The notes under the pieces were generated by a model. It was not told the origin of the DNA, did not search any database, and saw only the letters and a program-made list of their open reading frames with translations. The position numbers were made by a program, and so were the translations under genes. Source: a virus (Duplodnaviria > Caudoviricetes). From it: 32,186 nucleotides of DNA. Positions 14,047 through 23,368 of the stretch are shown here, in pieces (position 1 is the first letter of the stretch; every line of letters begins with the position of its first letter). Location: positions 1-32,186 of the IMG/VR virus record IMGVR_UViG_3300017780_000850. One strand, written 5' to 3'.

Positions 14047-16314
14047 ATGGAAAATTCGTCAAAGCACACCTATGAGAACTGGTACAACGAGATTGCCAGT
14101 TATGAGCGCACCTTTAAGAAATGGGAAGGGCGAGCAGATAAAATCCTCAAACGCTACCGTGACGATTCTAGGACTCAGAACAATCCTAACGCTAGATTCA
14201 ATATCCTATATTCCAATGTGCAGACGGTTATTCCAGCCATCTTTGCACGACTACCAAGACCTGATGTAAGCCGTAGATTCCGTGACAACGACCCAATTGG
14301 TCGTGTTGCTTCTATGATGCTTGAGCGAGCATTAGAGTATGAGCTAGAACATTACACTGATTACAAGTCCGCTATGGTCTCTGTGGTATTTGACCGCATG
14401 ATTGGTGGCCGTGGTACAGCTTGGGTTCGTTATGAACCGCACATTGTTGCTGGTGAAAAAGGTTTTCCTGAAGATGGCGTACAGATTACCGAAGATATTG
14501 ACGAAGCTGACGAATCACAAGAAGGTTTAGAGAACGAAAGCCCTGAGCGTATTGAGTACGAGTGCGCACCCATTGATTATGTTCACTGGCGTGACTTTGG
14601 CCATTCAGTAGCTAGAACATGGGAAGAAGTGACTGCGGTATGGCGTAAAGTCTATATGAACCGTGATGCCTTGGTTAATCGTTTTGGCGAAGAACTTGGC
14701 TATCAAATCCCATTAGATTCAACACCGCATGACTCAAAGACTTATGCCCAACAACAAGATATGGCTATGCAAGCCACCATCTATGAGATTTGGGATAAAG
14801 AATCAGGCAAAGCACTATGGATTAGCAAATCATTAGGCAAGATTCTTGATGAGCGTGATGACCCATTGCAGTTGGAGAACTTTTGGCCATGTCCGAAGCC
14901 ATTGTTTGCTAACTTAACGACTGAAAACCTAGAACCAATCCCTGACTTTGTAATGTACCAAGACCAAGCAAGGGAATTGGACACATTGTCAGACCGTATT
15001 GATGGCTTGATTAACGCATTGAAGGTTCGTGGTGTTTACGATGCTTCCTCAAGCGAATTACAGCGTTTATTCTCTGAGGGCGAAAACAACACCTTGATTC
15101 CAGTCCACAATTGGATGGCTTTTGCTGAAAAGCAAGGCATGAAAGGTGCGATTGACCTAGTAGACATTACCCCATTTGCTCAAGCTTTAGCCCAGTGCTA
15201 CCAAGCTATGGAGCAAGTTAAGGGTCAAATCTATGAGTTGATGGGTATTGCCGACATTCAGCGTGGTCAAACAGACCCTAATGAAACGCTTGGCGCACAG
15301 ATTATCAAGTCAAACAATGCTGCTGGTCGTTTAAAGACTATGCAAAACCATGTGGTGCAGTTTGCCACTATGCTGTTGAACATTAAGGCGCAGATTATCT
15401 GTAATCACTTCTCTGAAGATACGATTATTAAGATTTCAGGTGCTGACCAGCTATCTGACAACGATAAGATGCTTGTACCGCAAGCTCTACAGCTATTAAA
15501 GTCAGAATCAGCTAAGAACTTCCGCATTGAAGTTACTAGCGATTCAATGATTTATCAGGATGAGCAACAAGAAAAAGCTGACCGTATGGCTTTCTTGCAA
15601 GCGATGGGTGCTTTCTTCCAACAAGCAGTGCCAATGGCCACAGCAATACCTGAAACAACACCAATGTTGATGGAAATGCTTAAGTTTGCCGTGACTGCGT
15701 TTAAAGCTGGCAAGCAACTTGAAGGAATTATTGACGAAACTGCCGATAAATTCCGTGAAAAAGCTAAAGAACAAGAAGGTCAGCCTAAACCGCCAACACC
15801 TGAAGTTCAGAAGATGCAAATGCAAGCCCAGCTTGAGCAACAGAAGATGCAAGCTCAGATGCAGTTGGAACAGCAGAAGATGCAATCACAAATTGAGATG
15901 GAAAGAGCTAAACAAGAGTACCAATCTCAGGAAACTCAAGTTCGCATGCAGATGGAAATGCAAAGAGATGCTGCTGAACGAGAGATGGAAATGAAGATGG
16001 CACAAATGAAGATGATGACTGAGCGTAATACCCAGTTGTTGTTGGCTTATGTAAACAACGGTGCTAAGGTTGAAGTAGCTCAAATCTCTGCTGGCGTAAA
16101 CGGTGGCGAAGGATTGCCACAGGCCTATGATTTAGATGAAGATATGGCCAAAGCTATGGAACATCCGCTTGCGCCAATCGCTTCTGCTATTCAACAGGGT
16201 AATCAACAGACTGCCAACATGATTGCACAGTTAGCTGAAAACATTAACCAAAATAGCAGCAGACCTAAACAAGTCATTCGTGGAGCAGACGGTAAGATTA
16301 TAGGTGTTCAATGA
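14047..16314 (+). CDS. Portal protein with long Q/M-rich C-terminal coiled coil
   Basis: Follows terL; 755 aa; P22-like barrel region. Confidence 0.85.
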   Translation: MENSSKHTYENWYNEIASYERTFKKWEGRADKILKRYRDDSRTQNNPNARFNILYSNVQTVIPAIFARLPRPDVSRRFRDNDPIGRVASMMLERALEYELEHYTDYKSAMVSVVFDRMIGGRGTAWVRYEPHIVAGEKGFPEDGVQITEDIDEADESQEGLENESPERIEYECAPIDYVHWRDFGHSVARTWEEVTAVWRKVYMNRDALVNRFGEELGYQIPLDSTPHDSKTYAQQQDMAMQATIYEIWDKESGKALWISKSLGKILDERDDPLQLENFWPCPKPLFANLTTENLEPIPDFVMYQDQARELDTLSDRIDGLINALKVRGVYDASSSELQRLFSEGENNTLIPVHNWMAFAEKQGMKGAIDLVDITPFAQALAQCYQAMEQVKGQIYELMGIADIQRGQTDPNETLGAQIIKSNNAAGRLKTMQNHVVQFATMLLNIKAQIICNHFSEDTIIKISGADQLSDNDKMLVPQALQLLKSESAKNFRIEVTSDSMIYQDEQQEKADRMAFLQAMGAFFQQAVPMATAIPETTPMLMEMLKFAVTAFKAGKQLEGIIDETADKFREKAKEQEGQPKPPTPEVQKMQMQAQLEQQKMQAQMQLEQQKMQSQIEMERAKQEYQSQETQVRMQMEMQRDAAEREMEMKMAQMKMMTERNTQLLLAYVNNGAKVEVAQISAGVNGGEGLPQAYDLDEDMAKAMEHPLAPIASAIQQGNQQTANMIAQLAENINQNSSRPKQVIRGADGKIIGVQ

Positions 16315-16712
16315 GCGCATTAAAGTATTCCAACGGTACTCGTCACGCCCAAAACGAGGGCTTGATTGCTTACGCTGGTAGTGGTGCAATTATTAACATT
16401 TACCAAGGCACTGCCCCAGCTAATGCTAATACTGGCATAACAACACAGACCTTATTGGTTACTTGTGTGTTGGCTGGTGCATTTGGCACGGATACCAATG
16501 GAACTTTAACGCTTGGCACAGTCAATAATGGAGTTGCGGTAACTAGTGGAACAGCTAGTTTTTTCCGTATATTCAAGGCTGACGGCACAACCGTAGTGAT
16601 GGATGGTTCAGTAGGTGTAACAGGCGCAGATTTAAACCTTGACACTACCAACATCAACATCACGCAAACCGTCAATATTTCAGGTGGCACTATCATTAGG
16701 AATAATCAATAA
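16311..16712 (+). CDS. Virion structural protein (beta-rich)
   Basis: T/G/N-rich; GTASFFRI...DGSVG motif. Confidence 0.6.
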   Translation: MSALKYSNGTRHAQNEGLIAYAGSGAIINIYQGTAPANANTGITTQTLLVTCVLAGAFGTDTNGTLTLGTVNNGVAVTSGTASFFRIFKADGTTVVMDGSVGVTGADLNLDTTNINITQTVNISGGTIIRNNQ

Positions 16713-18322
16713 TGGCTATTACCGTCAAACACACCAAAGTTAGCACCGTACCTGATACCACAGATACCTCTTTAGTACGCCCATCGGATTGGAACGCTGA
16801 CCATACGCTTACAGGCTTAGGCTCAATGGCCGAGCAAAACGCCAACAATGTTAGTATCACAGGCGGTTCAATTAGCGGTACAACGGTAAGTGGTTACATT
16901 CCTACAAGCGAAAAAGCGCAACCTTTAGGTGTTGCCACGCTTGATGCTGGCGGTAAAGTGCCAACAAGTCAGATTCCATTGCAAGGCGACCTTAACTATC
17001 AAGGCACATGGAATGCTAGTACAAATACACCAACTTTAACTAGCTCAACAGGCACACAGGGTTATTACTATGTCGTTGATGTGGCTGGTTCTACAGACCT
17101 AAACGGCATTACTGATTGGAAAGTGGGCGATTGGGCGATATTTAACGGCTCTGTATGGCAAAAAGTAGACAACACCGATGCTGTGACTTCAGTAAACGGT
17201 CAAGTTGGTACTGTGGTGCTTACAACAACCAATATTGCTGAAGGCACAAACGAATACTTCACAACTGCTAGAGCTAGAGCATCAGTAAGTGCTGGCACAG
17301 GCATTAGTTACGATAGCGGCACAGGAGTAATCACTAACTCAAGCCCATCATTGGGTGGCGATGTAGTTGGCCCAGCTTCTGCAACAGATAACGCAATTAC
17401 TCGTTTTGATACAACAACTGGCAAGCTAATCCAAAACTCAGTAGTAACTGTTAGCGATACAGGTGCAGTTGCTGGTGTTAGCCACATAACTGACATTGAT
17501 TATGTAGACTTTGACACAACTTACAACACACCATTGGGTGCTGGTCAATTAGGCTGGAACGGCAACGACACTCTTGGTTTAGGCATGATTGGCGGTAATG
17601 TCGTGCAACATATTGGCGAAGATACATTCTTTTATGTAAAAGCTAGTGCCACAATCACTAAGGGTCAGTTATGTATGTTTACTGGTGCGGTTGGCTCAAG
17701 TGGGGTATTAACTGCTGCTCCAGCTACTGCTATTCCATTTGCTGAAGCTATTATTGGTGTAGCTGCCGAAGATATTGCAAATAACGGTTTTGGTTTAGTG
17801 CAAAGCATGGGAACGCTAAGAGGTGTAGATACTTCAGCTTTCTTAGATGGTGACATTCTTTACTACAACTCTGCCGTAACAGGCGGTTTTACCAAGGTTT
17901 TCCCAACGAGTGGCCCTATTGTTATTGCTGCTGCGGTAGCTAAATCAGGCTCAGGCGGTTCAGGCATTCTGACAATTCGTGTTTCATTCCAAACAAGAGT
18001 AACCGCTGGAACAGCAATGTCTGTAACTCAAGGCAACGATGTGGTAACGGTAACAAATACTGCTCCTGACCAAACTGTAAGCATTTCAGGTGGCACAGGT
18101 ATTAGCACAAGTGGCACTTATCCTAACTTTACAGTCACTAATACAGACACAGGTAGTTCACAAAGTATATTTAAAAATGTGGCCGTTGCTGGACAATCTA
18201 CCATTGTTGCTGATAGCAATAACGACACATTGACAGTGGCTGCTGGTGCTGGCGTAACCCTAACAACTGATGCTTCAACAGATACTCTGACCATTACTAC
18301 AGTGGCTATTTGGGGAGCGTAA
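16712..18322 (+). CDS. Fibre-like structural protein (possible head fibre)
   Basis: T/S/G-rich modular protein with YQGTWNASTNTP, VTSVNGQVG and GGDVVGPASATDNA fibre motifs. Confidence 0.7.
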   Translation: MAITVKHTKVSTVPDTTDTSLVRPSDWNADHTLTGLGSMAEQNANNVSITGGSISGTTVSGYIPTSEKAQPLGVATLDAGGKVPTSQIPLQGDLNYQGTWNASTNTPTLTSSTGTQGYYYVVDVAGSTDLNGITDWKVGDWAIFNGSVWQKVDNTDAVTSVNGQVGTVVLTTTNIAEGTNEYFTTARARASVSAGTGISYDSGTGVITNSSPSLGGDVVGPASATDNAITRFDTTTGKLIQNSVVTVSDTGAVAGVSHITDIDYVDFDTTYNTPLGAGQLGWNGNDTLGLGMIGGNVVQHIGEDTFFYVKASATITKGQLCMFTGAVGSSGVLTAAPATAIPFAEAIIGVAAEDIANNGFGLVQSMGTLRGVDTSAFLDGDILYYNSAVTGGFTKVFPTSGPIVIAAAVAKSGSGGSGILTIRVSFQTRVTAGTAMSVTQGNDVVTVTNTAPDQTVSISGGTGISTSGTYPNFTVTNTDTGSSQSIFKNVAVAGQSTIVADSNNDTLTVAAGAGVTLTTDASTDTLTITTVAIWGA

Positions 18323-18849
18323 TGACTACTGCGTTTCAGTCAAATGCGTTTCAAAACTCAGGGTTTCAGGTAGACCCAGTAACAGGTGTTATTTACGCAG
18401 TAGACCAAGACGATACTTGTAACATAGTTGGTACTGTTACAGGCGGTAATGTTGAAGTTGATACACATGACGGCTTCACTAAAGAAGAAGTTAAACGCTT
18501 TAAAAAGCTTCAAAAGAAATTAGCCCAAGCTGAAGCTGCAAAGATTCAAGCTAGGTTAGATAAGCAATTCCTACGCAAGCAACAAATCAGGGACTTGGTA
18601 GACCCTAAACCTTCACAAGTTAAACAAACTAAAGTAGAATCCGTTTCAGAAGTTAAGATTGATAAACCGTCAATTGACACAAAGAAACTCAATGCGACCA
18701 TTATCAATCTTCAACGCCAGCAAGAACAACTGCTGAAAACGGTTGAGTTACGGAATCAAATAGCACAAGCTCAGGCTTTGTTAGCGATTCACGAAGCTCA
18801 AATGGCTGCTGAACGAGATGATGAGGAAGCATTATTACTACTAATTTAA
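18322..18849 (+). CDS. Hypothetical morphogenesis-region protein
   Basis: GGAG SD, ATG 18322; AFQSNAFQ start and coiled coil ending DDEEALLLLI. Confidence 0.72.
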   Translation: MTTAFQSNAFQNSGFQVDPVTGVIYAVDQDDTCNIVGTVTGGNVEVDTHDGFTKEEVKRFKKLQKKLAQAEAAKIQARLDKQFLRKQQIRDLVDPKPSQVKQTKVESVSEVKIDKPSIDTKKLNATIINLQRQQEQLLKTVELRNQIAQAQALLAIHEAQMAAERDDEEALLLLI

Positions 18850-19742
18850 ATCCCCACGCAGAGTATAAGAAAGCCTACGATAACCTACATGCTGGTAGGT
18901 ATTCTGCTGGCTTCAGGCTTTTTGAGTACCGTTGGCATAAAGACATCTTAGCCAATCAAACCATTCCCTACGCAAGATTGCCTGTTGCACCTAAAACATG
19001 GCACGGTGAGTCACTTATTGGTAAATCCATTGTGGTTCAGATGGAGCAAGGCTTTGGCGATATATTCCAATACGCTAGATTCTTGCCAGCCCTTAAAGTC
19101 TTGGGTGCAAAAAAGGTGGTTGTTTTGTGCGTTCCACCACTTATGCAATTACTTGGTCAGATGGAGTGCATAGACCAAATAACTAACCTTACAGAAGAAG
19201 GCCCAGCCCACGAATGTGACCTATGGATTGGCTCAATGTCATTACCGTATTACATTGACTGCGCCATGCCTTATGCTAAATCACTATTTCCTGTAAGCAA
19301 TAAGAAAGTTGTTGGCTCAGAAGGCTATTTTGAAGCCGAACCAAGCAATATTCCTAAGAAAGTAGGCGTTAATTGGTCTGCAAGCAAGGGGACTTTGCAT
19401 TGGATTAAGTCTATTTCTGCCGAACACATGGAAACCTTGGTGGGTGATGATGTTTATTCGTTAAACCCTGAAACAGATGCCAATTTCTACCCCTTACCAA
19501 ACGATGGGTGGAAAAAAGACTGGTCGATTACCGCTAAACACATGAAGGCCATGAAAGGCGTGGTTACTGTAGACACTGGAACCGCTCATTTGGCTGGTGC
19601 TTTAGGCGTTAAAACTATTGTTTTGCTACCCCAAGAGTCTTTTGTATGCTGGCGGTGGAAGAATGCCCGATGGTATGACTCCGTTGTCTGCTTACGCCCT
19701 GATGAATACCACAAAGTACCTGAACTAATAGCGAGGATGTAA
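18834..19742 (+). CDS. Glycosyltransferase family 9-like; start uncertain (ATT 18831/18834 or TTG 18978)
   Basis: EQGFGDIFQYARF, SMSLP, VTVDTGTAHLAGALG and WRW motifs. The frame is open from 18825. Confidence 0.82.
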   Translation: MTTNLNPHAEYKKAYDNLHAGRYSAGFRLFEYRWHKDILANQTIPYARLPVAPKTWHGESLIGKSIVVQMEQGFGDIFQYARFLPALKVLGAKKVVVLCVPPLMQLLGQMECIDQITNLTEEGPAHECDLWIGSMSLPYYIDCAMPYAKSLFPVSNKKVVGSEGYFEAEPSNIPKKVGVNWSASKGTLHWIKSISAEHMETLVGDDVYSLNPETDANFYPLPNDGWKKDWSITAKHMKAMKGVVTVDTGTAHLAGALGVKTIVLLPQESFVCWRWKNARWYDSVVCLRPDEYHKVPELIARM

Positions 19743-20110
19743 TGAAACATATTTGCCCACTATGCAAAAGCGAATACGACAAGCCTGAATCTACTGCCAA
19801 GACAGATAAAGAGCAGTTTATTGAGTTTTGGACACCAACTGTAGGCGCAGAAGAAGCCGAAAAGTCATGGGAAGCCAAGCAAATACAAGAAAGGCGTTAT
19901 GCGCCAATGGTTCAATCAGACATTCAAGGTTATGTCAGCCAAATTGATGGCTCATGGATTGACTCTAAGTCTAAGCACCGCAGTCACCTTAAACAACATG
20001 GCTGTATTGAGGTTGGAAACGAAAAGATGAGTAACGCAACACCAAAGCAAGACCCACAACTAAAGCAACGCATCGCTGAAATAGCGTATGAAAAGCTTAG
20101 ATACCGATAA
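19742..20110 (+). CDS. Hypothetical protein
   Basis: TAATG coupling; DIQGYVSQIDGSWIDSKSKHRSHLKQHGCIEVGNE. Confidence 0.75.
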   Translation: MKHICPLCKSEYDKPESTAKTDKEQFIEFWTPTVGAEEAEKSWEAKQIQERRYAPMVQSDIQGYVSQIDGSWIDSKSKHRSHLKQHGCIEVGNEKMSNATPKQDPQLKQRIAEIAYEKLRYR

Positions 20111-20131
20111 TCCGACAACTTGGAGAGCAAA

Positions 20132-21205
20132 ATGTCAGAACAAGACCGCAGAGAACTATTAATGGCAGCAATGGAGCAAGCTGAAGATGGCACATTGGAA
20201 GCCCCTGAAGAACGAGAAATTGAGGTAGATGATGACCCAATACGCAACGAAAAAGGACAATTTGCGTCTAAAGCAGAGCAAGATAGACCTGTTGAGGAGT
20301 CTGCGCCTGATGTTGCTGAAACTGCGGAAGAATCAGACGGTTCCGTGGAAGCTAAGGAAGTAGAGTACACGCCTACTGTTGCTAGACCAACCACATGGAA
20401 AAAAGAGTATTTGCCTTTATGGGATAAGCTAGACAAAGGTGAAAACCTAACCCCTGACGAAGCTCGCAAGATGTTGGAATATTCAACTCAGCGTGAAACC
20501 GAATACAAAAAGGGTGTTTCTGCTTACAAGGCCGAAGCTGACAATGCTCGTGCTTTGACTGAAGCGATTAGTCCTTTTGTCCCTGAATTGCAAAAAAATA
20601 ACATTCACCCAGCAGCTTGGATTAACAACTTGGGTAGAGCACACATGATTCTTACTCAAGCTCCGTATCAGCAAAAGGTTGAATTATTTAACAAACTTGC
20701 ACAAGATTACGGAATTGATTTAAACTCAGCTTACAGTGGCGAAAATACAACACAGTATCAAGACCCACAGGCTTATGCGTTACAACAGCAAATTCAACAG
20801 TTGCAACAACAAGTTCAACAGGTTGGTAGCTGGAAGCAACAGCAAGAGCAAGGCGTTCTTATGAACGAGATACAAAGATTTAGTAGTGATGTGGAGAAGC
20901 ATCCACATTTTGAGGCGGTGCGTGAACAAATGGCTCAATTACTTGAGAACGGTTTAGCAAACGACCTTGAAACGGCTTATGCAAAAGCTGTGCGTTTGAA
21001 TGATGAAGTTTGGCAGACCGAACAGAATAAACTTCTGAAACAGGCTACAAACCAAGCAAGTCAAGCACAACGAGTAGCGAAAGCCAAAGCTGCTGCGGTT
21101 AGTCCTAAGAGCGTTACACCTAACACTCAGGCTGGAGCAACAGACAAAAAGGATAGACGGTCTATATTAGCCGAACAAATGGGTGAACTAGGCAGTCGTG
21201 TTTAA
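20132..21205 (+). CDS. Capsid scaffolding protein
   Basis: Acidic N-terminus and coiled coils, directly upstream of the MCP; GGAG SD before ATG 20132. Confidence 0.75.
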   Translation: MSEQDRRELLMAAMEQAEDGTLEAPEEREIEVDDDPIRNEKGQFASKAEQDRPVEESAPDVAETAEESDGSVEAKEVEYTPTVARPTTWKKEYLPLWDKLDKGENLTPDEARKMLEYSTQRETEYKKGVSAYKAEADNARALTEAISPFVPELQKNNIHPAAWINNLGRAHMILTQAPYQQKVELFNKLAQDYGIDLNSAYSGENTTQYQDPQAYALQQQIQQLQQQVQQVGSWKQQQEQGVLMNEIQRFSSDVEKHPHFEAVREQMAQLLENGLANDLETAYAKAVRLNDEVWQTEQNKLLKQATNQASQAQRVAKAKAAAVSPKSVTPNTQAGATDKKDRRSILAEQMGELGSRV

Positions 21206-21227
21206 TAAACTAAATTAAGGAAATATC

Positions 21228-22223
21228 ATGGCATTCGCTAACTCAGCAATTACCGATATTATCGCAACGACTATCCAAAGCCGTAGCGGTGAATTGGCAG
21301 ACAACTTAACAAACAACAATGCGTTATTGAAGCGTTTGAAGTCTAAGGGCAATGTACGCCCATTCTCAGGCGGTAATGTGATTTTGGAAGAAATCATGTA
21401 TAACGACCCTAACACGAACAACGCTAACTCATACTCAGGTTACGAAGTTCTTAACATTACTCCTGACAGCCCTATTTCTGCTGCTCAGTTCAGCATTACT
21501 CAGTATGCTGACTCAGTAACAATGAGCGGTCTTGAAATGTTGCAAAACTCAAGCAAAGAAGCAATCATTGACCTTTTAGATGGTCGTATGCAAGTTTCTG
21601 AAGCTCGCCTATTAAACCGTATTGGTTCTGACATCTATGGTGACGGTACTGGTAACGGTGGTAAGAACATCACTGGTTTGGCAGCTGCCGTACCTGATGC
21701 TCCTACTTCAGGCACATACGGTGGTATTAACCGTGCAAACTGGACTTTTTGGCAGTCTAAGAAGTATGCTGGTGTAGCTGACGGTGGCGCAGCAGTATCT
21801 TCTACAAACATCCAAAAATACATGACTTCATTGGCTATCCAGTTGGTTCGTGGTAATGACAAGGCTGACCTTATCGTTGCAGACAACAACTACTACTCAT
21901 TGTATGTTCAGTCACTACAAGCTATTCAGCGTATTACTAGCGAAGAATCAGCTGCTGGTGGTTTTGCATCATTGAAGTTCTACGGTGGTGGTACATCTGC
22001 AGATGTGGTGTTAGACGGTGGTGTGGGTAATGCTTGTACAGCTAACCACATGTTCTTCTTGAACACAAACTACATCTTCTTGCGCCCACACAAAGAGCGT
22101 AACTTTGTACCTATCGGTGGTGAGCGCCAAGCGATTAACCAAGATGCAATCGTGAAGTTATACGGTTGGGCTGGTAACTTGACTTGTTCTAACAGCTTCT
22201 TGCAAGGCGTGTTGATTGCTTAA
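21228..22223 (+). CDS. Major capsid protein
   Basis: 331 aa with strong SD, after the scaffold; HK97-fold-like pattern. Confidence 0.85.
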   Translation: MAFANSAITDIIATTIQSRSGELADNLTNNNALLKRLKSKGNVRPFSGGNVILEEIMYNDPNTNNANSYSGYEVLNITPDSPISAAQFSITQYADSVTMSGLEMLQNSSKEAIIDLLDGRMQVSEARLLNRIGSDIYGDGTGNGGKNITGLAAAVPDAPTSGTYGGINRANWTFWQSKKYAGVADGGAAVSSTNIQKYMTSLAIQLVRGNDKADLIVADNNYYSLYVQSLQAIQRITSEESAAGGFASLKFYGGGTSADVVLDGGVGNACTANHMFFLNTNYIFLRPHKERNFVPIGGERQAINQDAIVKLYGWAGNLTCSNSFLQGVLIA

Positions 22224-22261
22224 TAGCATTAACATCCACTAACTTTTAGGAGAAATTTAAA

Positions 22262-22558
22262 ATGGCATATTCAATTACCCCAACCGCTGGTATTGATTTG
22301 GAAGAAGTAGTCCAAACAAACCCTAACTCTGCTGGTACTGGCGTACCTGTGAACGGCCCAGCTGGCTCACAAGTATTTGGTTCAGACGGCAAGCGTTATG
22401 TATTGGCAGTAGCTGGTGCAGCTGTTACAGCTTCTACAGCAACTTGCTCAATCAATGCTTCAACATTTGTTGCAACAGCTTCAGGTGGCTCTTACACAAG
22501 CCCAGCAGTAGCTCTAGCATCAGGTGACTACGCATGGTTCGCTGCTACTAGCGTTTAA
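22262..22558 (+). CDS. Capsid cement/decoration protein
   Basis: A/T/G/S-rich 98 aa, GSDGKRYV...GDYAWF, follows the MCP. Confidence 0.65.
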   Translation: MAYSITPTAGIDLEEVVQTNPNSAGTGVPVNGPAGSQVFGSDGKRYVLAVAGAAVTASTATCSINASTFVATASGGSYTSPAVALASGDYAWFAATSV

Positions 22559-22577
22559 GTAACTTAAGTAGTAAACT

Positions 22578-22609
22578 AAAGGGGCGGTCTTAACGGACTG
22601 CCCTTTTTT
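22578..22609 (+). terminator. Rho-independent terminator
   Basis: GGGCGGTCT-TAAC-GGACTGCCC followed by TTTTTT. Confidence 0.85.
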
Positions 22610-22643
22610 CTTTTAACAACCTTAATCCCTTAAGGAGTATTAA

Positions 22644-23270
22644 ATGGCTATTGAATCAGACATCCGTAATGGAGATGAGAACCTGTATGCTGAGTTCTAC
22701 ATCAAACCTGTAAAACAAAACTTTGCTTCAGAAGAAGCTGGCAGACCAATTTTTCAAGATGTTGTGTTTGTCAAAATCATGACTCCTAGTGACCAATTGA
22801 CCCAAATTGACACCATCGCTAGAGAAGACCACAAAGCCCGATTCCCAAGACAGTGGGCGCACTTTCAAAACAAACAAGCTGGACAAGCTCAAATTGTTGG
22901 TACACCTGTAGGTGAATGGCCACAATTAACTGCCAGTGCTGCCGAAGAACTGCGAGCATTAAAGTTCTTTACTGTAGAGCTAGTTGCTAACGCAAACGAT
23001 GGTCAATTGCAAAGAATTGGCATGATTGCTGGTATGTCCCCTAATTCATTGCGTGACAAGGCTAGAGCGTTCTTAAACTTAGCTAGTGATTCTGCTGAAG
23101 AAGCCAAGCGTGAAGCTGAAATTGCTGAACTAAAAGCTGAAAACGAGAGAATTAAGACTGAAACTGACCGCAAATTGTCAGAGATGCAAGAACAAATGAA
23201 AGCTTTATTGCTTATGGCTTCAGAAAAGAAACCACGAGCAAAAAAGAAGGTTGAAGAAGTAGAAGAATAA
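22644..23270 (+). CDS. Conserved phage hypothetical protein
   Basis: TAAGGAG SD; flanked by two terminators. Confidence 0.8.
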   Translation: MAIESDIRNGDENLYAEFYIKPVKQNFASEEAGRPIFQDVVFVKIMTPSDQLTQIDTIAREDHKARFPRQWAHFQNKQAGQAQIVGTPVGEWPQLTASAAEELRALKFFTVELVANANDGQLQRIGMIAGMSPNSLRDKARAFLNLASDSAEEAKREAEIAELKAENERIKTETDRKLSEMQEQMKALLLMASEKKPRAKKKVEEVEE

Positions 23271-23272
23271 AT

Positions 23273-23297
23273 AAGGGGGTTCGCCCCCTTTTATTTT
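23273..23297 (+). terminator. Rho-independent terminator
   Basis: AAGGGGG-TTCG-CCCCCTT followed by TTATTTT. Confidence 0.88.
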
Positions 23298-23307
23298 GTG
23301 CAGTAAT

Positions 23308-23341
23308 TGTTATAATGAAGAAAACCTTAATTACTTAGGGT
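23308..23341 (+). promoter_or_regulatory. Extended -10 promoter plus leader hairpin for the tail operon
   Basis: TGtTATAAT, then ACCTTAA-TTAC-TTAGGGT. Confidence 0.6.
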
Positions 23342-23368
23342 GCAAACCACTAAAGTAAAGGATTCGCC

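Noticed and set aside
15800-16020. CAGAAGATGCAA-type repeats
   Set aside because: Explained by the Q/M-rich coiled coil of the portal; not a CRISPR array or DNA element.
22561-22577. ACTTAAGT followed by TAAACT, echoing 2663-2680
   Set aside because: Short and AT-rich; a promoter here would fire directly into a terminator, so chance cannot be excluded.
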